Origin: Paracoccaceae bacterium
GTDB taxonomy: Bacteria > Pseudomonadota > Alphaproteobacteria > Rhodobacterales > Rhodobacteraceae
NCBI GenBank assembly: GCA_014323785.1
Contig: JACONJ010000020.1
Span: 62,391 to 126,390 of the forward strand
Length of the DNA stretch: 64,000 nucleotides
Reading direction: 5' to 3'
Part shown: in pieces, positions 1 to 10,653 of the stretch
Layout: the number at the start of each line of letters is the position of its first letter
Position numbering within the stretch: the stretch's first letter is position 1
The notes under the pieces: model-generated
Databases searched by the model: none
What the model saw: the letters and a program-made list of their open reading frames with translations, nothing else
Told to the model about the DNA's origin: nothing
Position numbers and translations under genes: made by a program

Positions 1-111
1 TTGGACGTTCACCAGCCGCGCATTCGTTAGCACCAGGTTTGCAGAGGCACGGCCTGCGGCCACCGCGATCAGATCAGCGGCGCACTCGGCCCAGGTTGTC
101 AACTTTTCCAT
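1..111 (-). CDS. ade: Adenine deaminase, N-terminal 37 codons (runs off window)
   Basis: Manual translation from ATG at 111: MEKLTTWAECAADLIAVAAGRASANLVLTNARLVNVQ, matching the typical LxxVAxGRxxADLVxxNxxLVNV start of adenine deaminases. Confidence 0.7.
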   Translation of the reverse strand, partial: MEKLTTWAECAADLIAVAAGRASANLVLTNARLVNVQ

Positions 112-395
112 GGCGCAATGTCTCACCCGATACGTTGGGTTTCAAGCGGCATTTTTCCGCTCCGCAATAACGTGAAAACAATGATGCTGGGCATGGCAGT
201 GACGATTGAATCTCTCTACATCCAGAAGCAGCATCAGGATTTGAAAAAGCGAAGTCATGGAATATCCGTTCTGTTGGTGCGGTTTTGATGTTTCCCAATC
301 TTGGCCAGTCGCGGTCCCTGCCGCGCCCCTGACACTGTTCACAATATCCCCCTCTGTACGGTGACGATTCTGGTTTTATTTTGGGACGCTAAATT

Positions 396-1355
396 TTAGC
401 GTCCGCGAATGCGGGGATCCATGGCATCGCGCAAGCCATCGCCGATATAGTTCACCGACAGCACCGTCAGCGAAATCGCCAGGCCCGGCCAGATCACCCG
501 TTCGGGGTTTTGTTGCAGCCAGTCGGTCGCGTCAAACAGAAGCCGCCCCCAAGTTGGAAAATCGCTCGGGAAACCCAGGCCCAGGAAACTAAGTGCCGAC
601 TCGGTGATGATCGCGTTGGCGATGCCAAGCGTGGCCGAAACCATGATGGGCGACATCACATTGGGCAGGATATGCCGCAGGATCATCAAATGCGGTGGTG
701 TGCCGATGGACCGGGCGGCGAGCACGAACTCGCGCTCTTTCAATGCCAGTAAGTCGCCCCGCACAACCCGGGCGGTTTGCATCCAGCTTGTGACCCCAAT
801 CACAAAGACGATCAGGATGAATATGCCTCCCTCGGGGCCAAAAGTAATGCGCAGATGATCCCGGAACAGCATGATGATAACCAAAAGAAGTGGCAGAAGC
901 GGCATGGCCAGGAACAGGTCAGTCATCCGCATCAGGATGCCGTCCAGTCGCCTGAAATAGCCCGCGACCAGCCCGATGAGTGTGCCGAGCACCAGGGCAA
1001 GTGCCATCGCGGTCAGCCCCACGGCGATGGAGGTCTGACCACCCGCCATCATTCGCGCCAGCGTATCGCGCCCTAATTGGTCAGTCCCCATGGGATGCGC
1101 CAGGGTTGGGCCAGAGTTCCGTGCGCGGATGTCAATAAATTGCGGATCGATCATCCAGACCAGCGGCCCGATATAGACGAAAAGCAGCGCGAAGACGAAA
1201 AAGCCAAGGCCCAGAAGTGCACCCCGATGGGTCTTGAACTGATCCCAGACACTCCACCACTGGTTTCGAGGCGGGGCACCCGGAACCGGTTCAACCATCG
1301 GTGCTGCGCCTGCAGATGCGGCCAGCGGCTGTTTCGGGCCTTGTGCGTCAGTCAT
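396..1355 (-). CDS. Peptide/nickel ABC transporter permease (OppC/DppC-like)
   Basis: HPMGTDQLGRD, EAA-like loop (AARSIG...ILRHILPN), ends DAMDPR; start placed at MTDAQ. Confidence 0.92.
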   Translation of the reverse strand: MTDAQGPKQPLAASAGAAPMVEPVPGAPPRNQWWSVWDQFKTHRGALLGLGFFVFALLFVYIGPLVWMIDPQFIDIRARNSGPTLAHPMGTDQLGRDTLARMMAGGQTSIAVGLTAMALALVLGTLIGLVAGYFRRLDGILMRMTDLFLAMPLLPLLLVIIMLFRDHLRITFGPEGGIFILIVFVIGVTSWMQTARVVRGDLLALKEREFVLAARSIGTPPHLMILRHILPNVMSPIMVSATLGIANAIITESALSFLGLGFPSDFPTWGRLLFDATDWLQQNPERVIWPGLAISLTVLSVNYIGDGLRDAMDPRIRGR

Positions 1356-2358
1356 AGCGAATCCTCGGGTCAAGAACGCCGTAGAGCACATCGGCAGCCA
1401 GGTTGAAGAGCACGATCAAGACCGCGAAGATGAAGCTGACGGTTTGCACCGTCGGGATATCACCGGATTGAATCGCGATAATCAGAAGCTGGCCGATGCC
1501 ATTCACCTTGAACACCTGTTCGGTGATGATCGCGCCGCCAAAGATCGCAGGAACGTTCAGCGCGATGACAGTCACCACCGGAATCAGCGAGTTTCGCAGA
1601 ACGTGAACCAGCACCACGGTACGTTCGCCAAGGCCCTTGGCGCGTGCGGTGCGCACATAATCCTGGTTCAGGTTATCGAGCATCGAGGCGCGCATGAAAC
1701 GGCTCATCTGGCTGGCATTGAACAAGCCCAGCACCATGACCGGCATGATGCTTTGCTTCAGTTGCACGATGAAACTGTCCCAATCCGTTACCTTATGGGT
1801 GGTGTCATATACGCTTGGGAACCAGCCCAGGTTCACGGCGAAGATCACGATAAGCAGAACGCCTGTGAAGAAGGTTGGAACCGAAAACCCCAGCATCGAG
1901 ATAAAGGTGCCAATCTGATCGAACCAGGAGTACTGGCGATAGGCCGAGATGATGCCTATGGGCAGTGCGATCAGCACCCCGACGATGTAACTGACACCGA
2001 CCACCCACAGGGTTTGCGGCATGCGCTGCGCGATCAATTCCGTCACTGGTGAGCGGGTCTGGTAAGAGATGATGCGCGCGCCATCATCGGGGGCCGCATT
2101 CCAGCCAGTCCACCCCTCAAACAGGTGCAAGGGTTCATCCCACACCATCAGTTTCAGCCATTTGAAATACTGCACGAAAAGCGGGTCATTGACCCCAAGG
2201 CTTTCGCGAATCTGTGCCCGCACTTCCGGCGGGATGGTTAGGGGCAGGCCCGCTGTCGGGTCCGAGGGGCTCAGTTTCACGATCAGGAAGATGATGAAAC
2301 TGATGAACAGAAGCGTCGGAATCGCAAGGATCAGGCGCCGGATCGTGAACGTCAGCAT
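1348..2358 (-). CDS. Peptide/nickel ABC transporter permease (OppB/DppB-like)
   Basis: MLTFTIRRL start, DYVRTARAKGL EAA motif, ends LDPRIRYD; overlaps next permease. Confidence 0.92.
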   Translation of the reverse strand: MLTFTIRRLILAIPTLLFISFIIFLIVKLSPSDPTAGLPLTIPPEVRAQIRESLGVNDPLFVQYFKWLKLMVWDEPLHLFEGWTGWNAAPDDGARIISYQTRSPVTELIAQRMPQTLWVVGVSYIVGVLIALPIGIISAYRQYSWFDQIGTFISMLGFSVPTFFTGVLLIVIFAVNLGWFPSVYDTTHKVTDWDSFIVQLKQSIMPVMVLGLFNASQMSRFMRASMLDNLNQDYVRTARAKGLGERTVVLVHVLRNSLIPVVTVIALNVPAIFGGAIITEQVFKVNGIGQLLIIAIQSGDIPTVQTVSFIFAVLIVLFNLAADVLYGVLDPRIRYD

Positions 2359-2613
2359 GACGGCATTCCCTTCAACGGGCCTGTGCATCGTGCTGGGTTG
2401 GACGCCGCACGACACTGATCATCAGGCTGCCGGAAACACGGTTGAGATGGCCTCCGCGCATCGCTAACCGGGCAAAAAGGCAGGCGGTGGCCGCGCGATG
2501 GAAAGATCATCAAAATCCGACCGCAAACCGGTAACAATGTAAGGAAAACCACCACGGGTACCAGACAGGCAAGACAAAACTCCGGGGTCATGGAAAGGGT
2601 GCATCCCATAGCG

Positions 2614-2641
2614 GTGCCGCCCCGGCCAGGCAGGGCGGCAC
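2614..2641. terminator. GC-rich hairpin just downstream of the substrate-binding protein gene
   Basis: GTGCCGCCC (2614-2622) pairs with GGGCGGCAC (2633-2641); no clear U-tract. Confidence 0.4.
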
Positions 2642-2655
2642 CAGGTTTCAGTGCC

Positions 2656-4362
2656 TCACTCGGCGCGACGCCAGTCCATGATGTTCCACAGTTCGGTGTC
2701 CCAATCCGACATGGCGATCCCTTCCAGGCTGTTGGCATGGGCCGAGGGGTTGCCACGGTGGACCAGCGGGATGATCGAGTAACTTTGCACCAGCATATCG
2801 TTCATCTCCCGCGCCAGGCGGCCACGCTCTGCAATATCCGCGGTCTGTGCCATTTCGTCAACCAGCGCGTCATAGGCGGGATTGCAGAAGCGTTGGATGT
2901 TGGCCCCCTGCCATTGCGTATCCGGGCGTGGCCATTCATCGTAAATCCAGTTTGCCATGTAAGCCTGCGGATCCACACCAGGGAAATTGTTGGTGTACAT
3001 TTCGATATCGGCATAGAATTTCTGGAATGTGTCCGGGCTGGCCGGATCACCGCCAAAGAAGACCGAAGCGTCGATGTTGCGGAGCTCGGTGTCGATGCCG
3101 ATTTCGGACCACCACTGCTTCACCAGTGCCTGGGTATCCTGCCGGACGGCATTGGTGGAGGTCTGATACAGCACCGAGATCGGAACACCCCCGGCCTCGC
3201 GGATACCGTCGCCGTCGGTATCAAGATACCCGGCTTTATCCAGCAGCGCATTGGCACCGGCAATATCCTGTACCAAACACGCATCATTGGCAGTAGAGGC
3301 GTAAAGTTCCGGTGCCGGCAACACATTACAGGTCGGCTGCCCGCCCGCACCATAGCCGATCTCCACCAGAAGTGCCCTGTCAATGGCCATCGACATGGCC
3401 TTGCCGACCACCGGATCGGTCAGGAACGGGTGCGGCCCGGCCTCGGCGGTTGAGCGGATGTCACCTAAGGCGGCATCGGGATTGGTCTGGTTCAGGTGCA
3501 AACGCTCTACCGAGGTGCCGAAGGCACTCACGACTGTGCCGTTCCCCTGCGCTTCCATCTCGGCCAGGATCGTCGGGTCGATTTGCAGGTTCCAAGCATA
3601 ATCGAACTCACCCGTTTCCAGAACCGCCCGTGCCGCCGCTGCCGCATCACCGCCACCCTTGAAGGTCACGGTGCCAAAATACGGCCGGTCGGGAAAGCGG
3701 AAGTTTTCATTGGCCGAGAACGCTATCACGTCATTGGGACGGAATTCATCCACCACAAAGGGGCCGGTGCCAATCGGGCCAAAGTTGGCTTCGGTGCATT
3801 CCGGGGCCCGCGTGCCAAGGCACCCGGCGAATTGCGCAGCCTGGATCACCGGGCTTTCGGACCCGACGAAAGCGGTGTAGGGGAAGGGCGTTGGCGTGTT
3901 GAAATTCACCACAACGGTCCGCGCATCCGGTGTCTCGACGCTGCTAACACCGTCGAAAAAACTTGCTTGCGCACAGCCGCCTTCGGGGTGGGTGCAGTAT
4001 TCCCAAGTAAAGCGAAAGTCTTCTGAGGTGAGCGGGGTGCCGTCTGATCAGGTGATTCCGTCGCCGATGGTCCAGGTGATCGAGGTCAAATCCCCGGCCA
4101 CGCCGCCGTTTTCCACGGTCGGAATTTCGGTGGCAAGCCAAGGCACCATCGTGCCAGTATTATCGAACCGCGCCATGGACTCAAGCACGAGGGAGGCTGA
4201 TTCAACCTCTTTCGTGCCGCCCGACAGATACGGGTTCAGCGTCGATGGTGCTTGCCAGTAGATGATGTTGAGATGACCCGATGAACCGCGCTCGGCCAGG
4301 GCCGCTGCCGGGGCCATGGCCATTACGGCGACCGTTCCCAGTAAAAACGCTCCGATTTTCAT
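2656..4362 (-). pseudogene. Family 5 peptide ABC substrate-binding protein interrupted by an in-frame TGA
   Basis: ORFs 4048..4500 and 2656..3912 are one frame: ...ITWTIGDGIT*SDGTPLTSEDFRFTWEYCTHPEGGCAQ...; TGA at 4048-4050 replaces the Trp of the conserved WSDG motif; signal peptide from ATG 4362. Confidence 0.85.
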
Positions 4363-4493
4363 GGTGAATTTCCTTGTCCCAAGTGATGTCCGCGGGGCCG
4401 TATGCCCCGCCTGGGAATCATCGAACTTATTTTGCCCCGCAATTGTCAAGCCCAATGCTGCCACAGAGGCAAATGCTGCTTTGCCCGGTATGT

Positions 4494-4522
4494 TTGACAC
4501 TGGTTTGCCCCTGCCCTAGCAT
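4494..4522 (+). promoter_or_regulatory. Sigma70-like promoter for the ABC ATPase gene
   Basis: TTGACA (4494-4499), 17 nt, TAGCAT (4517-4522), 32 nt before ATG 4555. Confidence 0.6.
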
Positions 4523-4554
4523 CATAGGGCCACATCCCGGGAACAGGGAAACAC

Positions 4555-6375
4555 ATGCCTGACCAGCCGATTGTGCAGGTGCGCCAACTGCGCGTCGAAT
4601 TTCAGACCAGGGGCGGCACTGTGGTGGGGGTTGCGGATGCCTCCTTTGACGTGGGTTTGGGTGAGACTGTCTGTATCGTAGGTGAATCCGGATCGGGCAA
4701 ATCGGTGTCATCACTGTCGATGATGCGGTTGGTGGAATTCGGCGGCGGCATGATCGCGGGCGGAGAGATTCTGTTCAACCGCAAGGATGGCGATATCATC
4801 GACCTGGCCAGAACCAGCGGCAAAGAGATGCGCAAGATTCGCGGTAATGAGATCAGCATGATCTTCCAGGAGCCGATGACCGCGCTGAACCCCGTCTTTA
4901 CGATTGAACGGCAATTGGCCGAGGGTTTGCGGCAGCACAAGACTATGAACCGGGCCGAGGCACGGGACCGCGCATTGCAACTGCTCCGCCAGGTTCGTAT
5001 CCCCGAACCTGAGCGTCGGCTGCGGCAATATCCGCATGAACTCTCTGGCGGCATGCGGCAGCGCGTGGTGATTGCCATTGCGCTTGCTTGCGAACCGCGC
5101 ATTTTGATTGCCGATGAACCGACCACCGCGCTTGATGTAACGACCCAGGCCGAGATTCTGGCACTGATCGACCGGCTGAAGCGGGAAACCGGCACATCGG
5201 TCATGTTCATCACCCATGACATGGCGGTTGTGGCCCGCATGGCCGACCGCGTGGTGGTGATGTATCGCGGCAGCAAGGTAGAGGAGGGGCCGGTTGAACA
5301 AATCTTTGCCAGGCCCCGGCACCCCTATACGCAATCACTGCTGGCAGCGGTGCCGAAACTGGGCGAAATGCGGGGCAAGGCACTGCCCGAACCGATGAAG
5401 CTGATGGGGGCGGAAGCCGCCGCGGCGCGGCCGATCAAAGGTACCAATGAACGGCTGCTGAAGGTCGAGAACCTTGTAACGCGCTTTCCGGTCAGGGGCG
5501 GTTTGTTGCGCCGCACCATTGCTAATGTACACGCGGTCGAGGATGTCTCTCTGACACTGAACCGGGGTCAGACGCTTAGCTTGGTGGGTGAATCCGGCTG
5601 CGGTAAATCCACGGCGGGCCGGTCCATCCTGCGGCTGGTTGAGCCGATATCGGGCAGGATCGAGCTGGACGGCAGGGATATCATGGCACTTGGCCCCGCC
5701 GAACTGCGCAAGGTGCGCCAGGACATGCAGATGGTGTTTCAGGATCCCTTCGCGTCCCTTAACCCGCAGATGCAACTGGCCGCCCAGGTGGCCGAACCCA
5801 TGCAGAACTATCACACTGCCAGCTGGTCCCAGATTGCCGACCGGGTAGCGATGCTGTTCGACCGCGTCCGCCTGCCGCGGGATTTCATGTCCCGCTACCC
5901 GCATGAATTATCGGGTGGCCAGCGGCAGCGTGTGGCCATCGCCCGCGCCCTGGCATTGAACCCGAAAATGATCATCGCTGATGAGGCCGTCTCGGCCCTT
6001 GATGTGTCTGTACAGGCCGAGATTCTGAACCTGATGCTGGAATTGCAGGCCGAGCTGGGCCTTAGCTACCTGTTCATCAGCCACGATATGGCCGTGGTTG
6101 AGCGGGTCAGCCATAATGTGGGCGTGATGTTTCTGGGCCGGATCGTGGAAATGGGGCCGCGCCCGTGCATCTTTGAAAACCCGCAGCATCCCTATACCAG
6201 GGCTTTGCTTAGTGCGGTGCCGATTGCCGAACCGATGCAAGGAAAATACGAACAGAACTTGACCTTCAGGCCAATCCCCTCACCTGTTTATTCCCTGGAT
6301 CATAATCCTGCGCCGTCCGCGTATGCAGAGATTGCGCCGGGGCATTTCGTCCTGACAACGGATAGCGGATATTGA
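4555..6375 (+). CDS. Peptide ABC transporter ATP-binding protein with two fused NBDs (OppD-OppF fusion type)
   Basis: Two Walker A motifs (GESGSGKS, GESGCGKS), two LSGG signatures, HPYT C-terminal motifs. Confidence 0.95.
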   Translation: MPDQPIVQVRQLRVEFQTRGGTVVGVADASFDVGLGETVCIVGESGSGKSVSSLSMMRLVEFGGGMIAGGEILFNRKDGDIIDLARTSGKEMRKIRGNEISMIFQEPMTALNPVFTIERQLAEGLRQHKTMNRAEARDRALQLLRQVRIPEPERRLRQYPHELSGGMRQRVVIAIALACEPRILIADEPTTALDVTTQAEILALIDRLKRETGTSVMFITHDMAVVARMADRVVVMYRGSKVEEGPVEQIFARPRHPYTQSLLAAVPKLGEMRGKALPEPMKLMGAEAAAARPIKGTNERLLKVENLVTRFPVRGGLLRRTIANVHAVEDVSLTLNRGQTLSLVGESGCGKSTAGRSILRLVEPISGRIELDGRDIMALGPAELRKVRQDMQMVFQDPFASLNPQMQLAAQVAEPMQNYHTASWSQIADRVAMLFDRVRLPRDFMSRYPHELSGGQRQRVAIARALALNPKMIIADEAVSALDVSVQAEILNLMLELQAELGLSYLFISHDMAVVERVSHNVGVMFLGRIVEMGPRPCIFENPQHPYTRALLSAVPIAEPMQGKYEQNLTFRPIPSPVYSLDHNPAPSAYAEIAPGHFVLTTDSGY

Positions 6376-6530
6376 ACAAAGGCTTACATGAATAGAAACT
6401 GCCCTTATCACCTGCGCGACAGCCGCACCTTTAACTTGGTGATAATGCATTCATAACACCCCTCGACCAGTTCCAGAAGGGCACTTTGTGGCATACCTTC
6501 TGGACGTTCTGACAAAGGAGTAAACTGAAG

Positions 6531-7694
6531 ATGCCAGTCAAGAGCCGATTTGCTGAATTGCTGCCCGAGATCACCGCCTGGCGGCGCGACCTACATAAAC
6601 ACCCGGAGCTTCTGTTCGACACCCATCGTACCTCGGCCATTGTGGCCAGGAAGCTGAAGGAGTTCGGCTGTGATGAGATCGCCACCGGCATCGGGCGGAC
6701 GGGTGTTGTTGGTCTTATCAAGGGCAAATCAAACACTTCCGGCACGGTGATTGGCCTGCGCGCGGATATGGACGCACTGCCAATAACCGAGGAGACAGGG
6801 CTTGATTACGCCTCTGGCACGCCGGGCGCGATGCATGCCTGTGGCCACGACGGACACACCGCCATGCTGCTGGGGGCTGCGAAATATCTGGCCGAAACGC
6901 GGAATTTCGACGGCACGGTCGCGGTGATCTTCCAGCCAGCCGAAGAAGGCGGCGGGGGCGGCAAGGAGATGGTCGATGATGGAATGGTCGAGCGATTCGG
7001 GATCGATGAAGTCTATGGCATGCACAATTGGCCGGGTCGCCCGGTCGGGTCTTTCGCAATCCGGCCCGGTGTGTTCTTTGCCGCAGCTGATCAGTTCGAC
7101 ATCCACATCACTGGCAAGGGCGGGCATGCCGCCAAACCGCAGAACACCGTGGATCCCACTGTTGTGGCGGCCCATATGGTTCTGGCACTGCAAACCATCG
7201 CCAGCCGCAATACTGACCCGGTGAAGCAGATCGTCGTCTCTGTTACCTCGTTCGAGACCGGATCAAAGGCGCATAACGTCATCCCCGAAACCGTGCATTT
7301 GCGCGGCACCGTGCGGACGATGGAACCGGCTGTTCAGGATCTGGCGGAAAAACGCCTGAACGAGATTGCCGAGGGTACAGCCGCCACCTTTGGTGCGACA
7401 GTCCGGGTCTTATATCACCGGGGCTATCCCGTAATGGTCAATTCCGCGGAGCAGACAGAGTTCGCAAGACAGGTCGCCTCGGCCGTCTCGGGCAGTTGCG
7501 ATGATGCGCCCCTAGTGATGGGGGGGGAGGATTTTGCCTTCATGCTCAATGCCCGGTCTGGTGCCTATATCCTGGTGGGCAATGGCGATACGGCCCATGT
7601 TCATCACCCGAAATACAATTTCAACGATGAGGCGATTCCGGCAGGCTGTTCCTGGTGGGCCGGGATTGTCGAGCACCGGATGCCCGCCACCTGA
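6531..7694 (+). CDS. M20D family amidohydrolase (hippurate hydrolase-like)
   Basis: HKHPEL, RADMDAL, MHACGHDGH, FQPAEE, GGEDF motifs. Confidence 0.93.
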   Translation: MPVKSRFAELLPEITAWRRDLHKHPELLFDTHRTSAIVARKLKEFGCDEIATGIGRTGVVGLIKGKSNTSGTVIGLRADMDALPITEETGLDYASGTPGAMHACGHDGHTAMLLGAAKYLAETRNFDGTVAVIFQPAEEGGGGGKEMVDDGMVERFGIDEVYGMHNWPGRPVGSFAIRPGVFFAAADQFDIHITGKGGHAAKPQNTVDPTVVAAHMVLALQTIASRNTDPVKQIVVSVTSFETGSKAHNVIPETVHLRGTVRTMEPAVQDLAEKRLNEIAEGTAATFGATVRVLYHRGYPVMVNSAEQTEFARQVASAVSGSCDDAPLVMGGEDFAFMLNARSGAYILVGNGDTAHVHHPKYNFNDEAIPAGCSWWAGIVEHRMPAT

Positions 7695-7719
7695 ACGTCT
7701 GGCCAGAAGGGAATGTTCA

Positions 7720-8058
7720 ATGACGCACCGGGCCTTCAAGACGGTGATCATCACCGAGAAAGTCCTGGCTGATCGTGTGGCACAAGCCATAGAAGAAGCT
7801 GGCGGCACCGGCTACACGATCGTGGCCGCTGGTGGCAAGGGCAGCCGCGGCATGCGCCGAATGGATCGGGCGGCGGTGGTTGAGGCGTTCAGTAACATCA
7901 AGATCGAGGTCATCACCGCCGACCACAAGACCGCCGAACGCATCGCCGACCATGTGGCCGGTGCGTATTTCACCCATTACTCTGGCATCGCCTATATTGA
8001 AGAGGTAGAGGTGCTGCGCCAGCACAAGTTCGTTCAGCCCGGTGAGGTCGCCCGCTAG
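7720..8058 (+). CDS. sbtB: PII-like regulator SbtB
   Basis: VIITEKVL...GYT...GGKGSR...NIKIEV...AERIAD.VA..YF..YSGI.YI..EVL pattern of SbtB; RBS-like AGAAGGG; abuts sbtA. Confidence 0.85.
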   Translation: MTHRAFKTVIITEKVLADRVAQAIEEAGGTGYTIVAAGGKGSRGMRRMDRAAVVEAFSNIKIEVITADHKTAERIADHVAGAYFTHYSGIAYIEEVEVLRQHKFVQPGEVAR

Positions 8059-9056
8059 AACATGACCCCGGCCATGGCCACAAACAGCGGGATGCAGACG
8101 GCAATTGCAACCGGCGTTCCGATGCTGGTGGATGCGCCCAGATAGCTCGAGGGATTCGCTGTCGGGATCGCCGCGCGCAGGGTCGGGGGGCCCGATATGT
8201 CAGAGCTCGAGGCAGCCAGAACCGCCAGGATCACGGTACCGCCCGCGCTGAATCCGACCGTCAAATGCGCAAGATAGCCAAGACCAAAGCCCAGAACCCC
8301 ATGCGTGATCGGCGCGACAAAGGCATAAACCGCATACCAATGCGCCACGCGGCGCAATTCGCCAAGCCGCTGGTAAGCCTCCATTCCCATGATCAGCATC
8401 AGGACCGACAGAAGCCCCCGGAACAGCGGGTCATAGAAACTTTCAAAAACCCGCTCAGGCCGGGTCAAAAGCCCAAGGGCAAGACCAAGCAGAAGGGCCG
8501 AGAGTGCCGCACCCTGCAGGCTGTCCCTGATGATAGGCCAAAGCTTCACTTTGGTCGCGGTCCCGTCGCTTTGCCGTGCCTGGTGCAGATTGGCCAGGAT
8601 GATGGCCAGAAGCAGGGCGGGAATGTCCATGAAGGGGTAAAGTGCGGGGGCCCATGCCTCATAACTCAGCCCCTCTTCATCCATCACCACCATGGCGGCG
8701 GCTAGGGTAGAGGCACTGACCGCCCCAAACAGACCCGCCGTGGCGATGGCGTCATCGCTCCTCACACCGGGCAGCACGGCCAGCACAGTCCGCCCCGCGG
8801 CAACGATGATCAGGCCCAGCAGGATCGACATCAGCGCGGGTATCAGCAGTGCCGACAATTCCGCCTGGCGAATCTCTATCCCGCCACTGATCCCGATCCG
8901 CAAAAGCAGCATGAAGACCGCGAATTGATAGATCGCATTCGGGATTTGCAATTTGCTTCCAAAGGCGGCCAGCAGCATGCCACCGATCAGAAAGGCCAAG
9001 GTCGGGCTTTGAAACTGCGTTGCAAACCGCGTCAGAAAATCCAGAAACAGGTCCAT
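8055..9056 (-). CDS. sbtA: Sodium-dependent bicarbonate transporter SbtA
   Basis: QSPTLAFLIGGM, LFGAVS, YEAWAPALYPFMDIPAL, FYDPLFRGLL, AASSSDISGPPTLRA motifs; about 10 TM segments. Confidence 0.9.
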   Translation of the reverse strand: MDLFLDFLTRFATQFQSPTLAFLIGGMLLAAFGSKLQIPNAIYQFAVFMLLLRIGISGGIEIRQAELSALLIPALMSILLGLIIVAAGRTVLAVLPGVRSDDAIATAGLFGAVSASTLAAAMVVMDEEGLSYEAWAPALYPFMDIPALLLAIILANLHQARQSDGTATKVKLWPIIRDSLQGAALSALLLGLALGLLTRPERVFESFYDPLFRGLLSVLMLIMGMEAYQRLGELRRVAHWYAVYAFVAPITHGVLGFGLGYLAHLTVGFSAGGTVILAVLAASSSDISGPPTLRAAIPTANPSSYLGASTSIGTPVAIAVCIPLFVAMAGVMF

Positions 9057-9093
9057 GACCGCGCCTCCGCTTCGGGTTAAGTAAGAGGCGGGG

Positions 9094-10104
9094 TCAGCCC
9101 CCGGTATGGCTCATATGACGCGAAATCTGCCCCCCCGCCTTCTGCCGCGAATAGTCGAAATCATGGCCCTTGGGCTTGCGCGCGATGGCGGCACGAATGG
9201 CACCTTCCAGTACGGAATCATCCGCCGAGGCCCGCAACGGTGTACGCAGATCGGCCATATCTTCTTGACCCAGGCACATGTAAAGATTTCCGGTACAGGT
9301 CAGACGCACGCGATTACAGCTTTCACAGAAATTGTGGGTCAGGGGGGTGATGAAACCGATCTTCTGTCCGGTTTCCCGCAGCTGCACATAGCGGGCGGGC
9401 CCACCGGTATGCGCGGCCATATCGATCAGGGTGAATCGCCCGGCCAAACGCGTGCGCAGGTCTTTGAGTGACCAGTATTGATTCAACCGGTCCTCACGGC
9501 CCAAATCGCCCATGGGCATGACCTCGATAAAGGTCAGATCCATGTCGCGGGCAGCACACCAGGCCTGCAGATCGAACACCTCATCCTCGTTGATCCCTTT
9601 CAGTGCGACGGTGTTGATCTTGACGCGCAACCCGGCATCTTGTGCCGCATCGATCCCGCGCAGCACCTGCGGCAGGCGACCCCGACGGGTGATTCTGGCA
9701 AATTTTGCCTCATCAAGCGTATCGAGCGAGACGTTCACACGCCGTACACCAGCAGCGGCAAGATCGCCTGCGAAGCGTTCCAACTGGCTGCCATTGGTGG
9801 TCAGCGTCAGTTCTTTCAGCGCACCGGAGTCCAGATGCCGGGTCATCGCCCGGAACAGGGTCATAATATCCCGCCGCACCAAGGGCTCGCCCCCGGTAAC
9901 CCGCAGTTTGCTGACCCCAAGCCGCACAAAGGCGGAACACATGCGATCCAGTTCTTCCAGCGTCAGAAGTGCCTTCCTGGGCAGAAAAGTCATGGTCTCT
10001 GACATGCAGTAGACGCAGCGAAAATCGCAGCGATCCGTTACCGAGACGCGCAAATAGCTGATGGTGCGAAAAAAGGGGTCTATCAAGGGTGCGGGCGTGT
10101 CCAT
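9094..10104 (-). CDS. moaA: GTP 3',8-cyclase (molybdenum cofactor biosynthesis)
   Basis: CDFRCVYC radical SAM motif, TGGEP, CESCNR..C, terminal GG; start placed at [11 protein letters not shown]. Confidence 0.95.
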   Translation of the reverse strand: MDTPAPLIDPFFRTISYLRVSVTDRCDFRCVYCMSETMTFLPRKALLTLEELDRMCSAFVRLGVSKLRVTGGEPLVRRDIMTLFRAMTRHLDSGALKELTLTTNGSQLERFAGDLAAAGVRRVNVSLDTLDEAKFARITRRGRLPQVLRGIDAAQDAGLRVKINTVALKGINEDEVFDLQAWCAARDMDLTFIEVMPMGDLGREDRLNQYWSLKDLRTRLAGRFTLIDMAAHTGGPARYVQLRETGQKIGFITPLTHNFCESCNRVRLTCTGNLYMCLGQEDMADLRTPLRASADDSVLEGAIRAAIARKPKGHDFDYSRQKAGGQISRHMSHTGG

Positions 10105-10653
10105 GGGGCAAAACATAGGGGGCAATCGGGGCCGGGGCAAGGGCCGACGCGCCCGTTGATAAGCCGTGTGGATGCATCCGGTATGGCAATCCTTGTGTGA
10201 TGTGCGCGGGGTGTATACCTTCATCGAAACAGCACCAGCGGGGGCGAATTGCGAAAAATTTACGGACCGTCAAAAAACTGTTGCAAACTGCCGGGCGGAT
10301 ATGGTCAAGTGTGGAAAGGTCCGTGCGAATCGGGTTAACTTCCCGAGGTTCAGTGCCAAAATAACAAGGTAACGTAGCAAGGCGGCACGCACGAAACAAG
10401 GGAGAGGACGAAGAGGAGTCAAACCCGAAGACTCGCATGAAGGGTGTGTATGGTTGATACCCCACTTGCAGTGCCGTGTTGACTTAAGGCCCCGAACCCC
10501 TCCCAACATGCGCCTCCTTATTTCCCCACTCTTATTTCGCACGATCCTGCCAGGTTCCGTAAATCTTCTGTTGTGTTACAACTTGCCCCCCTTCGTAAAT
10601 CCCTGGATTTATGCAGCGGGAGACAGAAACCTTTTGAAAGCACGGCCAAGCCC

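Noticed and set aside
142-342. Small ORFs between ade and the ABC permease
   Set aside because: No family motif or RBS recognised
4048-4050. TGA-to-Trp recoding (genetic code 4) suggested by TGA at a conserved Trp
   Set aside because: Many genes here end in TGA at their conserved C-termini (moaA ...HTGG, permease ...RIRYD, OMP ...LFAF) and TGG is used freely; a single nonsense mutation is simpler
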